The notes under the pieces were generated by a model. That model was not told where the DNA came from, did not search any database, and worked only from the letters and a program-made list of their open reading frames with translations. A stretch of 64,000 bases of DNA. Source: Candidatus Cloacimonadales bacterium (GTDB lineage: Bacteria > Cloacimonadota > Cloacimonadia > Cloacimonadales > JAFGVF01). Shown piece by piece: positions 16,401 to 24,521 of the stretch. Position 1 is the stretch's first letter, and every line of letters begins with the position of its first letter. The stretch covers positions 2,240,001-2,304,000 of the forward strand of contig OY759729.1 of NCBI GenBank assembly GCA_963662585.1, read 5' to 3'. A program made the translations under genes and the position numbers.

Positions 16401-19285
16401 ATACTCTTACTGTTGAAACAGCTGATATCCCACTTCCTACTGCAGTAACTACCCCTAATCCGGCTAATGAAGCTATTGATCAACCTACAAGTCTTACTCT
16501 TAGTTGGACAAACCCAGAATATACAGATAATATCGATTTATATTTTGGAACTCCTGACAATATGACATTAGTCTTAGATAATGTTATAGCTGTTGAAGAG
16601 CATCAAGTAACTGATTTAGATCCAAGTACTGTGTATAATTGGAAAGTCATTGCTCGTAATATTTCCGGAGATACTCCTGAAGTAGATGTTTTAACATGGT
16701 CATTTACTACTATTGGTAATGCTCCTGAAGCTACTACTTATACAACTCCTGCAGATGAAGCTACTGACAGACCTATTGCAGGAAACTTAACTTGGTCAGC
16801 TGCTACAGGTGCTAACGGTTATTTCGTTTACTTATCAACAGATGAAACATTTGCTGATGTAACTCCTCAAGATCAAGCTGCAACTACTTATGCTTATAGT
16901 GGATTAGCTTATGAAACAACTTACTACTGGAAAGTTATTCCTTATAATGTTGTTGGTCAAGCTACTGAAGGTATAGAAGTGTGGTCATTTACAACTATTC
17001 CTGACCCTTCACTTGAATTACCAGTAATTGTTACCTTTGATGCATCAACAAGTATGCCTGCTGAAATAATAGCTAATAATATGGGAATCAGTGCAAGTCA
17101 TGGTAATAATAGTAATGGTTTATACAAGAATATCTATGGCTCATATCCTGATGCCTATGCTCAATTCCAAGTAATGAGAAATGTAGAAGCTGATACAGAG
17201 CTTAACTTCGAATATAGACTTATGGCTTTTTCAGGTTATCCTGGTGCTGCTCAAACTATTATTGAAGGCGAATATATCAGAGTTAAAGTTTCAACTGACG
17301 GTGGAGCAAACTATGATACAGCTTATGAAATCAATAGTGCAAACCATGTTGTTTCTACTGATTTTGCCAATGTAAGTGTCCCTCTTGGAGCTTATGCAGG
17401 TCAATATATTACTGTTAGATTAGAAGCTCACAGAGCTGATGGTGATTACTTTGTTGACTTTGATAACTTCTATTTCAGAGTTCCTCCAACTACTCCTCTT
17501 GTTGACTTATCAACAGAAGAAATAGATTTCGGTCAGATTGTTTTAGGAGATACTTCTGATGCTGAGACTGTTACTATTACTAATATCGGTGGTGGAACAT
17601 TAAATATATCAGGAATCGCTATCAACGGTACAAATGCTGGTGATTTTGCTTATTCAACTGCTGATGGAGCTTCTATGGCTCTTGGCTTTAATGAATCATT
17701 AACTATTGATGTAACAACTACTCCTTCAATTAGTGGTGCCTTAGTTGCTTCTTTAGATATTACTGATGATATGAATAGAAATGTTACTTCTATAGCCTTA
17801 ACTGCTTTAGGTTATGATGCAACTATTACTGGTCCATTCTTCAATGGTTTAGAGAATGAAACTGATGTATTTGGTTGGAATGTCAATCTTGAATCAACAA
17901 GTGATTATGCTACAGCAGGAAGATATAGCTCTTCTTCTTCAGCTCATTCAGGAACATACTCATTCAGAGTTTATTGCCCTAATTATGCAAGCACTAGTGC
18001 AGAATTAATCTCTCCTGTTATTACTCCTGACTTGAATGATTATAGAGTTAAATTCTATGCAAAAGGTGTTGGAACTATCGTAGTTGGTAAATATAACCAA
18101 GAAATGGATTCTTTTACTGCTATTGATACAATCTCTACACTTGCTGAATATAGCTATAATGAATATACTGTTGAATTAACAGCTGCTAGAACTAATGAAA
18201 GAATAGCTTTCCAATTTGCAACTTCTTCAACAACTTATTCATCAAAATATATCTATTTAGATGATTTAACTTTCGAAGAAATTCCGTCATCCCCTATCGC
18301 TCAACTTTCAGCTTCAGAGATTGATTTTGCTAGTGTACTAGTAAATGAAACTTCATCTGAAGATGTAACTATCACCAATGTTGGTGTTGGTGAATTGATA
18401 GTTAGTAATGTAGAAATTACTGGTGTTGATGCTGCAATGTTCGACTTTGATGAACTTACATTACCTGCTACACTTTTAGCTAATGAAATGCTAGATATCA
18501 ATGTAACATTTAGTCCTACTTCTGAGGGCGAAAAAACTGCTACATTAACTATCACTGATAATACAGATGCTAGTCCTTATACTGTTACTCTAACTGGAAC
18601 TGCTCTCTTTAATGATAATAATAATACTCCTGAAACAGCTACTGAACTTACATTGGATGTAGCTGGTGAAGAGTTTGCAATTGATATTGAAGATGATATT
18701 GACTGGTATAAATTCTACTGCGTTGCTGGAACAGAATTAAATATGTATTCAGAACGCGAAACAAGTGGAATAGATACAAAAGCTTGGTTCTATGGTCCTA
18801 AACTGGAAGATGGTTCTGATATAGTTCCTACATCATACAATACATACAATGATGATGGCCACGGTGATGTACAGTTTGAGATTAACACAACAGTCACTGA
18901 AGATGGTTGGTATTATCTCCGTGTTGCATATTATGGTGATGGCCCAACATCAGAAAGATTAACTCAAAAGCTAGCAGGAAGTAGGGCTACCACAGGTATA
19001 TATTGGTTGCATATATATCAAACATTACCAAGACCAGAAGTTCCAGTAAACTTCACTATTGCTAATGATGGTAGTTCTATAACCCTGACTTGGGAAGCTG
19101 CAACAAATGCAACATCTTATAATGTATATGCTTGTGATACACCTGATGGGGATTATGTATTTGTAGAAAATGTCGAAGGTTTAACAACTACAATTACTGC
19201 CTCAGATACAATGAAATTCTATAGAGTAAAAGGATCTAATAGTGGTGCTCCAGAAGTAGCTGCTAAAGGATTTAGAAGACAATAA
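13406..19285 (+). CDS. Giant secreted mosaic surface protein B, paralog of 6123-12938; no T9SS CTD
   Basis: Start moved to ATG 13406 (AAGGGAG RBS, MKKTILALML); same N-terminal domain, same module types in a different order, PPC-like domain near the end, same C-terminal ITLTW.AA.NA.SYN.Y.CDTPDG...MKFY.VK domain. Confidence 0.85.
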   Translation: MKKTILALMLFVLSFSCIMAESINFSDSNYGADNAPTVSTITTAGIPAGSEITDIQVTTSFGSVGYIGDWYDIHLNINGTDYPSVGWLSAESYTDLNNLGPNDLTITATTEDLDDYADSSTLVLSVDVFYNPPAGTPDEPTLVSPANGATNVAIDTNLEWTTGENTDHTVLYLADNAEFTGATVVNPATSPYTTSLNYSTTYFCKVEAIGPTDVSVMSEMRTFSTEIDPNTPDMPELTLPSNGALNVAIDTNLEWTNGDNTDHAVLYLADNAEFTGATVVNPATSPYTTSLNNGTSYFWKVVAVGPTAIEVESNVNNFTTPFEAITEFPYEQGFEMWPPAGWVLNPESGTGAWLQNNGTSYGPGSANIYAGTYAAMFNNYSYSNGTIGSMETPELDLSGMTAPLVKFYWWNNDGSSSPAHLKVYTKESEGEWLLVEDIEVYGSGVTSWVESSNLIPTDVRFVKLEAVSDYGMKNTYVDGFRIEEAPLSPIVEINTDPIAFGTVSLNEASDSEIVSIKNIGGGTLNITNIDIIGTDADQFSKTDSEDYALTATEELLIEVIFNPTSAGEKTATLQITDDLTREVYEIALSGTGIDTNIYEINIPYTQGFETEEGFLGWTSNINSTSSYATSDRYNGSANSGTYSYKVYNSDDTSATAELISPVVVPDMDAYRVRFWARKSSTSNTQPLIVGKYNQAMDSFTAIDTLDMTTTYAEYTVNMATPVRANERIAFQFSFTGTYQYIYIDDLTFEEAPEGALVEITPDAHDFGEIFIASETSQTFTVANNGVLAADITEITVPTGYSHETEVSFPYTLEAGASFTVDVTFAPQAEMIYSGNLRVKEADPANPFGGFNHDVSLTGTGIPVPQGDNHNNPFIITLADSVTVTGTTTPFQTYYSFCSSQSVVYQLTLPTDKLMTVSLDGTAWDTKLWIFNSFQQIDDATSATTADAWYYNDDEGSATTGGDRAKSRDRATWSEMLETYTPEGVYYILVSGYNANNGEYTLTVETADIPLPTAVTTPNPANEAIDQPTSLTLSWTNPEYTDNIDLYFGTPDNMTLVLDNVIAVEEHQVTDLDPSTVYNWKVIARNISGDTPEVDVLTWSFTTIGNAPEATTYTTPADEATDRPIAGNLTWSAATGANGYFVYLSTDETFADVTPQDQAATTYAYSGLAYETTYYWKVIPYNVVGQATEGIEVWSFTTIPDPSLELPVIVTFDASTSMPAEIIANNMGISASHGNNSNGLYKNIYGSYPDAYAQFQVMRNVEADTELNFEYRLMAFSGYPGAAQTIIEGEYIRVKVSTDGGANYDTAYEINSANHVVSTDFANVSVPLGAYAGQYITVRLEAHRADGDYFVDFDNFYFRVPPTTPLVDLSTEEIDFGQIVLGDTSDAETVTITNIGGGTLNISGIAINGTNAGDFAYSTADGASMALGFNESLTIDVTTTPSISGALVASLDITDDMNRNVTSIALTALGYDATITGPFFNGLENETDVFGWNVNLESTSDYATAGRYSSSSSAHSGTYSFRVYCPNYASTSAELISPVITPDLNDYRVKFYAKGVGTIVVGKYNQEMDSFTAIDTISTLAEYSYNEYTVELTAARTNERIAFQFATSSTTYSSKYIYLDDLTFEEIPSSPIAQLSASEIDFASVLVNETSSEDVTITNVGVGELIVSNVEITGVDAAMFDFDELTLPATLLANEMLDINVTFSPTSEGEKTATLTITDNTDASPYTVTLTGTALFNDNNNTPETATELTLDVAGEEFAIDIEDDIDWYKFYCVAGTELNMYSERETSGIDTKAWFYGPKLEDGSDIVPTSYNTYNDDGHGDVQFEINTTVTEDGWYYLRVAYYGDGPTSERLTQKLAGSRATTGIYWLHIYQTLPRPEVPVNFTIANDGSSITLTWEAATNATSYNVYACDTPDGDYVFVENVEGLTTTITASDTMKFYRVKGSNSGAPEVAAKGFRRQ

Positions 19286-19310
19286 AACGATTAATATAAC
19301 CAAATAAAGA

Positions 19311-19340
19311 AAAGCCCCTGCCTAAAAAGTGGGGGCTTTT
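19311..19340 (+). terminator. Rho-independent terminator, possibly bidirectional
   Basis: AAAGCCCCTGC...GTGGGGGCTTTT, similar to 4336 and 12963. Confidence 0.75.
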
Positions 19341-19342
19341 AA

Positions 19343-19478
19343 CTGGGAACGCAGGCATCTTGCCTGCACCAAGCATGAAATGCTGGGTAATCTTAAGAAG
19401 TCCAGCACCTAAGTGCAGGACGCAGGCAAGATGCCCGTATTCCTAGTTATTGCCAGCAGGGATGCTGGCGCTCCCAGT
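19343..19478. repeat. REP/REPIN cluster of the CTGGGA family
   Basis: Forward CTGGGAACGCAGGCATCTTGCCTGC at 19343; inverted copies ~19422-19447 and 19452-19478. Confidence 0.85.
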
Positions 19479-19502
19479 GGCGTTTCCAATAGCTCTTCCA
19501 GT

Positions 19503-19976
19503 CTATGCCTTTTCTAACAAAACCACAGCATAAGCCGTCATGCCCTTCTCTGAACCGCTAATTCCCATCCTTTCTTCAGTAGTTGCTTTAACAGATATAT
19601 CATCCAATGAGCATTCTAAATCATGAGCAATATTGTTACGCATAGCAGGAATAAAAGCTTGAAGTTTAGGCTTTTGAGCACAAATAGTAGAATCTATATT
19701 ACCTATTTTATATCCCTTTTCCTTGATAATATTCCATACCAGACGCAGAAGTATTCGGGAATCTATTCCTGCATACTCTTCTTCATTGTCTGGAAAGAGT
19801 TTACCAATATCACCAAGAGCAAGAGCCCCGATTAGGGCATCTATGATGGCATGAAGTAAGACATCAGCATCTGAATGACCTACCAAACCCAATTCAAAGG
19901 GTATATCAACTCCTCCTAAGATAAGCTTTCTCTTGGGGCCCAGTTGATGAACATCATAGCCAAATCCTATTCTCAT
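19503..19976 (-). CDS. ispF: 2-C-methyl-D-erythritol 2,4-cyclodiphosphate synthase
   Basis: MRIG.GYDVH, GHSDADVLLHAI.DAL.GA..LGDIG..FP, SVKATT.E. Confidence 0.98.
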   Translation of the reverse strand: MRIGFGYDVHQLGPKRKLILGGVDIPFELGLVGHSDADVLLHAIIDALIGALALGDIGKLFPDNEEEYAGIDSRILLRLVWNIIKEKGYKIGNIDSTICAQKPKLQAFIPAMRNNIAHDLECSLDDISVKATTEERMGISGSEKGMTAYAVVLLEKA

Positions 19977-20076
19977 AATCTTTTCCTCTTCTTAATAATT
20001 ATTTCAACAAGATTAAATGACTAATATTAATTGTCAAGAAGAGAAGATTTTTACCTCAAAAGCAGAAAGAAAAGAG

Positions 20077-20380
20077 GTAGGGGCGTATTGCCATACGCCT
20101 TAGTTGAAAAGAGTTTAGCCACGAATAAACACAAATAAACACGAATTTAGTAGGGGCGTATTGCCATAGGCCTTATTTGAAAAGAGTTTAGCCACGAATA
20201 AACACAAATAAACACGAATTTGCTAGGGGAGTATTGCCATAGGCTTTATTTGAAAAGAGTTTAGCCACGAATAAACACGAATTTGCTAGGGGATATTGCC
20301 ATAGGCCTTATTTGAAAAGAGTTTAGCCACGAATAAACACAAATAAACACGAATTTGCTAGGGCGTATTGCCATACGCCT
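20077..20380. repeat. Tandem array of ~73 bp units: GTAG-type REP plus CACGAAT 10-mer subrepeats
   Basis: GTAGGGGCGTATTGCCATACGCC-like heads at 20077, 20150, ~20223, ~20286, ~20358; the third unit lacks one 10-mer; inverted CACGAAT module at ~20530-20558. Confidence 0.92.
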
Positions 20381-20645
20381 TCTTTAAGATAGCACCCCGC
20401 TGGAAATACCGGCACACCTCCACGGGAGGGGAATTAAAGCACTCTATCAGAGAAATACACTGCCTTCCCTCTTGGAAACATTGCTGTTAGCAATGAAGAG
20501 GGGACTTTAAGAGGTCTTCATTCTTCTCTGAATTCGTGCAATTTGTGTAATTCGTGGATAGATTCTTTTTCTTCCTCTTTTTAATTGACAAAATTCTCCT
20601 GAGAAAAAAAGATAAAATGTAAGAAAATTATTAAAGGAGCTAATA

Positions 20646-22169
20646 ATGGCAAAAAAGCAAAGAACAGCGATAGAACCTACAAGAACTGAGGATTATGCGG
20701 AGTGGTATCAGCAGGTTGTAAAGGTTGCTGAATTAGCTGAAAATAGTGATGTAAGAGGTTGTATGGTTATTAAACCATGGGGCTATGCCATTTGGGAAAA
20801 TATACAAAAAGTATTAGATAAAATGTTTAAAGAGACTGGGGTGAAAAATGCTTATTTCCCACTATTCATACCTAAATCATATTTCGAAAAAGAAGCTGAA
20901 CATGTGGAAGGTTTTGCTAAAGAATGTGCTGTTGTTACTCATTCTCGCCTAGAAGATGATGGACAGGGGGGCTTAAAAGTAGCAGGTGAGCTTACAGAAC
21001 CTTACATCGTTAGACCTACTTCAGAAACTATCATCGGTGCTTCTTTCTCTAAATGGGTGAATTCTTATAGAGATCTACCCCTATTAATAAATCAATGGGC
21101 TAATGTTGTACGCTGGGAATTAAGAACAAGATTATTCTTGAGAACTGCTGAGTTTTTATGGCAAGAAGGACATACTGTTCACGCCACAAGTGAGGAAGCT
21201 CTTGCAGAAACACGCTTAATGCTAGATGTCTATGCTAAGTTTGCTGAAGAATATCTAGCTGTACCTGTTGTTAAAGGTGAGAAGAGTGCAGGCGAAAGAT
21301 TCCCTGGTGCCGTAGCTACCTATTCTATAGAAGCTATGATGCAAGATAAGAAAGCATTACAAGCTGGTACTTCCCACTTTTTAGGACAGAACTTTGCTAA
21401 ATCATCTGAAATAAAATACCAGAATAAAGCTGGAGAATATGAATATGCTTGGACAACTTCATGGGGTGTTTCCACTCGCTTAATTGGTGCTTTAATCATG
21501 GCCCACAGTGATGATAATGGTTTAGTGCTTCCTCCAAAAATTGCTCCTGCTCATATTGCTATAATTCCAATAGCTAAAAATGATGAGGATAGAGAAGAAA
21601 TACTTAAATATATAGAGAATATTACAAGTGCCCTTAAAGAGAAAAGATTTGATGGCAGAGAGATCATTGTTGAAGTTGATGATACTGACGCTACTTCTGG
21701 TGAAAAAAGCTGGAAATGGATAAAACGCGGTATGCCAATTAGATTAGAAATTGGTAAACGCGATATGGAATCTAATTCTGTCTTTATGGGTAGAAGAGAT
21801 TTTGAAGCTAAAGAGAAGAAAGGTCTAGGCTGGCAAGAATTTGTAGATTCAGTTGCTGAAATATTAACTGATATCCAGAATAATATCTATCAAAAAGCTC
21901 TCTCTTTCAGAAGTGAAAACTCTGTTGTGATAGATTCACAAGAGGAATTTTATAAATTCTTTACTCCAGAAAATAGCGATAAACCAGAAATTCATGGTGG
22001 TTTCGCCTATGCCCATTGGTGTGGTTCTGTAGAGTGTGAAGAAAAGATCAAAGAAGATTTAAAGGTGACTATTAGAAATATTCCTTTTGAAGCAGAAGCT
22101 GAAGAAGGAAAATGTATCTGCTGTGGAAAAGCTTCCAAACAGAGAGTGGTATTTTCTAAAAGTTACTAA
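20646..22169 (+). CDS. proS: Proline-tRNA ligase, archaeal/eukaryotic type
   Basis: VRGCMVIKPWGYAIWE, RPTSET, QWANVVRWE, FLWQEGHT, QAGTSHFLGQNF, C-terminal CICC Zn domain ending in SY. Confidence 0.97.
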   Translation: MAKKQRTAIEPTRTEDYAEWYQQVVKVAELAENSDVRGCMVIKPWGYAIWENIQKVLDKMFKETGVKNAYFPLFIPKSYFEKEAEHVEGFAKECAVVTHSRLEDDGQGGLKVAGELTEPYIVRPTSETIIGASFSKWVNSYRDLPLLINQWANVVRWELRTRLFLRTAEFLWQEGHTVHATSEEALAETRLMLDVYAKFAEEYLAVPVVKGEKSAGERFPGAVATYSIEAMMQDKKALQAGTSHFLGQNFAKSSEIKYQNKAGEYEYAWTTSWGVSTRLIGALIMAHSDDNGLVLPPKIAPAHIAIIPIAKNDEDREEILKYIENITSALKEKRFDGREIIVEVDDTDATSGEKSWKWIKRGMPIRLEIGKRDMESNSVFMGRRDFEAKEKKGLGWQEFVDSVAEILTDIQNNIYQKALSFRSENSVVIDSQEEFYKFFTPENSDKPEIHGGFAYAHWCGSVECEEKIKEDLKVTIRNIPFEAEAEEGKCICCGKASKQRVVFSKSY

Positions 22170-22223
22170 GAGAATTGAATACTCTTACCACAAAGACACA
22201 AAGAACACAAAAAAGAAAGAGAA

Positions 22224-23809
22224 GGGTCCACAGATTACACAGATTTACACTGATTAAGAGAGGAAGGATGAAAGAAGAATTATCCACAGATAAGAAAGAC
22301 TGAGACATCTTAAATCCCGAAGGGATGGCATCTAATAGGGAGTGTTCGCAAGACACTCCTAGAGCATACCCCTCAAAGGGTTCGACGCGCTAGCGGAGAA
22401 GCAATAAGAGGGAATAAAGAGACCATCCTGTCAGTGAAATAGACTGCCACCCCTCTTCAGAGGGGAATAAAGCAAAAGAGGAAAGAAAAGGGTCCACAGA
22501 TTACACAGATTTACACTGATTAAGAGAGGAAGGATGAAAGAAGAATTATCCACAGGTAAGAAAGACTGAGACATCTTAAATCCCGAAGGGATGGCATCTA
22601 ATAGGGAGTGTTCGCAAGACACTCCTAGAGCATACCCCTCAAAAGGGTTCGACGCGCTAGCGGAGAAGCAATAAGAGGGAATAAAGAGACCATCCTGTCA
22701 GAAATATACTGCAACCCCTCTTCAGAGGGGAATAAAGCAAAAGAGGAAAGAAAAGGGTCCACAGATTACACAGATTTACACTGATTAAGAGAGGAAGGAT
22801 GAAAGAAGAATTACCCACAGGTAAGAAAGACTGAGACATCTTAAATCCCGAAGGGATGGCATCTAATAGGGAGTGTTCGCAAGACACTCCTAGAGCATAC
22901 CCCTCAAAAGGGTTCGACGCGCTAGCGGAGAAGCAATAAGAGGGAATAAAGAGACCATTCTGTCAGAAATATACTGCAACCCCTCTTCAGAGGGGAATAA
23001 AGCAAAAGAGGAAAGAAAAGGGTCCACAGATTACACGGATTTACACTGATTAAGAGAGGAAGGATGAAAGAAGAATTATCCATAGATAAGAAAGACTGAA
23101 ACATCTTAAATCCCGAAGGGATGGCATCTAATAGGGAGTGTTCGCAAGACACTCCTAGAGCATACCCCTCAAAAGGGTTCGACGCGCTAGCGGAGAAGCA
23201 ATAAGAGGGAATAAAGAGACCTCCTATCAGTGAAATAGACTGCCACCCCTCTTCAGAGGGGAATAAAGCAAAAGAGGAAAGAAAAGGGTCCACAGATTAC
23301 ACGGATTTACACTGATTAAGAGAGGAAGGATGAAAGAAGAATTATCCATAGATAAGAAAGACTGAGACATCTTAAATCCCGAAGGGATGGCATCTAATAG
23401 GGAGTGTTCGCAAGACACTCCTAGAGCATACCCCTCAAAAGGGTTTGAAGCGCTAGCGGAGAAGCAATAAGAGGGAATAAAGAGACCATCCTGTCAGAAA
23501 TATACTGCAACCCCTCCTCAGAGGGGAATAAAGCAAAAGAGGAAAGAAAAGGGTCCACAGATTACACAGATTTACACTGATTAAGAGAGGAAGGATGAAA
23601 GAAGAATTATCCATAGATAAGAAAGACTGAGACATCTTAAATCCCGAAGGGATGGCATCTAATAGGGAGTGTTCGCAAGACACTCCTAGAGCATACCCCT
23701 CAAAAGGGTTCGACGCGATGGCGGAGAACCAATAAGAATAAAGAAACCACCCGGTCAGTGAAATACACTTCCACCCCTCCTCAGAGGGGAATAAAGCAAA
23801 AGAGGAAAG
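22224..23809. repeat. Tandem array of six near-identical 265-266 bp units
   Basis: GGGTCCACAGATTACAC recurs at 22224, 22490, 22755, 23020, 23286, 23551; the last unit ends at 23809, just before the cinA ATG. Confidence 0.97.
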
Positions 23810-23811
23810 CA

Positions 23812-24288
23812 ATGCTAAAAAGTTTAACTCAAGAAGTACATGATTTATTATTAGCTAGCAAAAAGAGGATTAGCTTTGCAGAGTCCTGCACGGGAGGATT
23901 GCTACAGAAATTAATCACTGATAACAGTGGAAGCAGTAGCTACTTTGAAGGTGGAATAGTAGTCTATAGCAATCGCTTAAAAGAGAAGTTGTTAGGAGTT
24001 TCGGCAGAAATACTAACTACTCAAGGAGCAGTTAGTTCCGAATGTGCTTTAGCAATGGTTTCAGGATTAAAAAATCTTACTCAAGCAGATATTTGCATTT
24101 CAGTAACTGGGATTGCTGGGCCAAGCGGAGGAAGTGAAGAAAAACCTGTTGGGACTGTATGGTTTGGATTTGATTTAGAAGGAAGGGTCAATAGTAGCAG
24201 ACAGCATTTTTCAGGAAGTAGGGAAGAGGTTAGAGAAAAATCTGCAGTATATGTATTAAATAAAATAAAAGAATATCTTGAAAATTAA
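23812..24288 (+). CDS. cinA: CinA C-terminal domain / PncC-like NMN deamidase
   Basis: AESCTGG, GSSSYF.GG.V.YSN..K, GAVS.E.A..M..G, TGIAGP.GGS.EKPVGTV; start moved to ATG 23812. Confidence 0.92.
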   Translation: MLKSLTQEVHDLLLASKKRISFAESCTGGLLQKLITDNSGSSSYFEGGIVVYSNRLKEKLLGVSAEILTTQGAVSSECALAMVSGLKNLTQADICISVTGIAGPSGGSEEKPVGTVWFGFDLEGRVNSSRQHFSGSREEVREKSAVYVLNKIKEYLEN

Positions 24289-24291
24289 AAA

Positions 24292-24477
24292 GTAGGGGCC
24301 TATTGCCATAGGCCCATCTAGGAAACACCCTGTCATGGGATACACAACCACCCCTCTTTAATCGTGCTTTCAGCACTAAGAGGGGAGTTAAGAAGGTCAT
24401 TGCTTCGCAATGAGGCGGACAAGATGTCCACCGTCCGACAGAAGAAGAGAGTTGTAGGGGCGTATTGCCATAGGCCC
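24292..24477. repeat. Mosaic of REP-like palindromes bounded by two GTAG-type REPs
   Basis: GTAGGGGCSTATTGCCATAGGCCC at 24292 and 24454; CCCCTCTT..AAGAGGGG stem between them. Confidence 0.8.
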
Positions 24478-24521
24478 ATCTGAAATTGCCAATGTAATAA
24501 ATTATAAAGTTAGAGGATAGA

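Noticed and set aside
12168..18555. Short antisense or alternate-frame ORFs inside long genes (also at 28011, 29159, 37790, 45074, 46018, 47004, 54399 and others)
   Set aside because: Shadow ORFs expected from codon bias; no recognisable motifs.
6123..19285. Diversity-generating retroelement explaining near-identical segments
   Set aside because: No reverse transcriptase in the window; differences are not adenine-specific and both copies are coding.
20077..20380. Possible CRISPR array or T-box leader for proS
   Set aside because: The inter-repeat sequence is itself repeated, and I could not find a T-box consensus with terminator/antiterminator before proS.
22156..23812. Six minus-strand ORFs (MSCEHSLLDAIPSG...)
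   Set aside because: They are translations of the tandem unit with shifting frames and stops and no RBS. A small-peptide role cannot be fully excluded but has no support.
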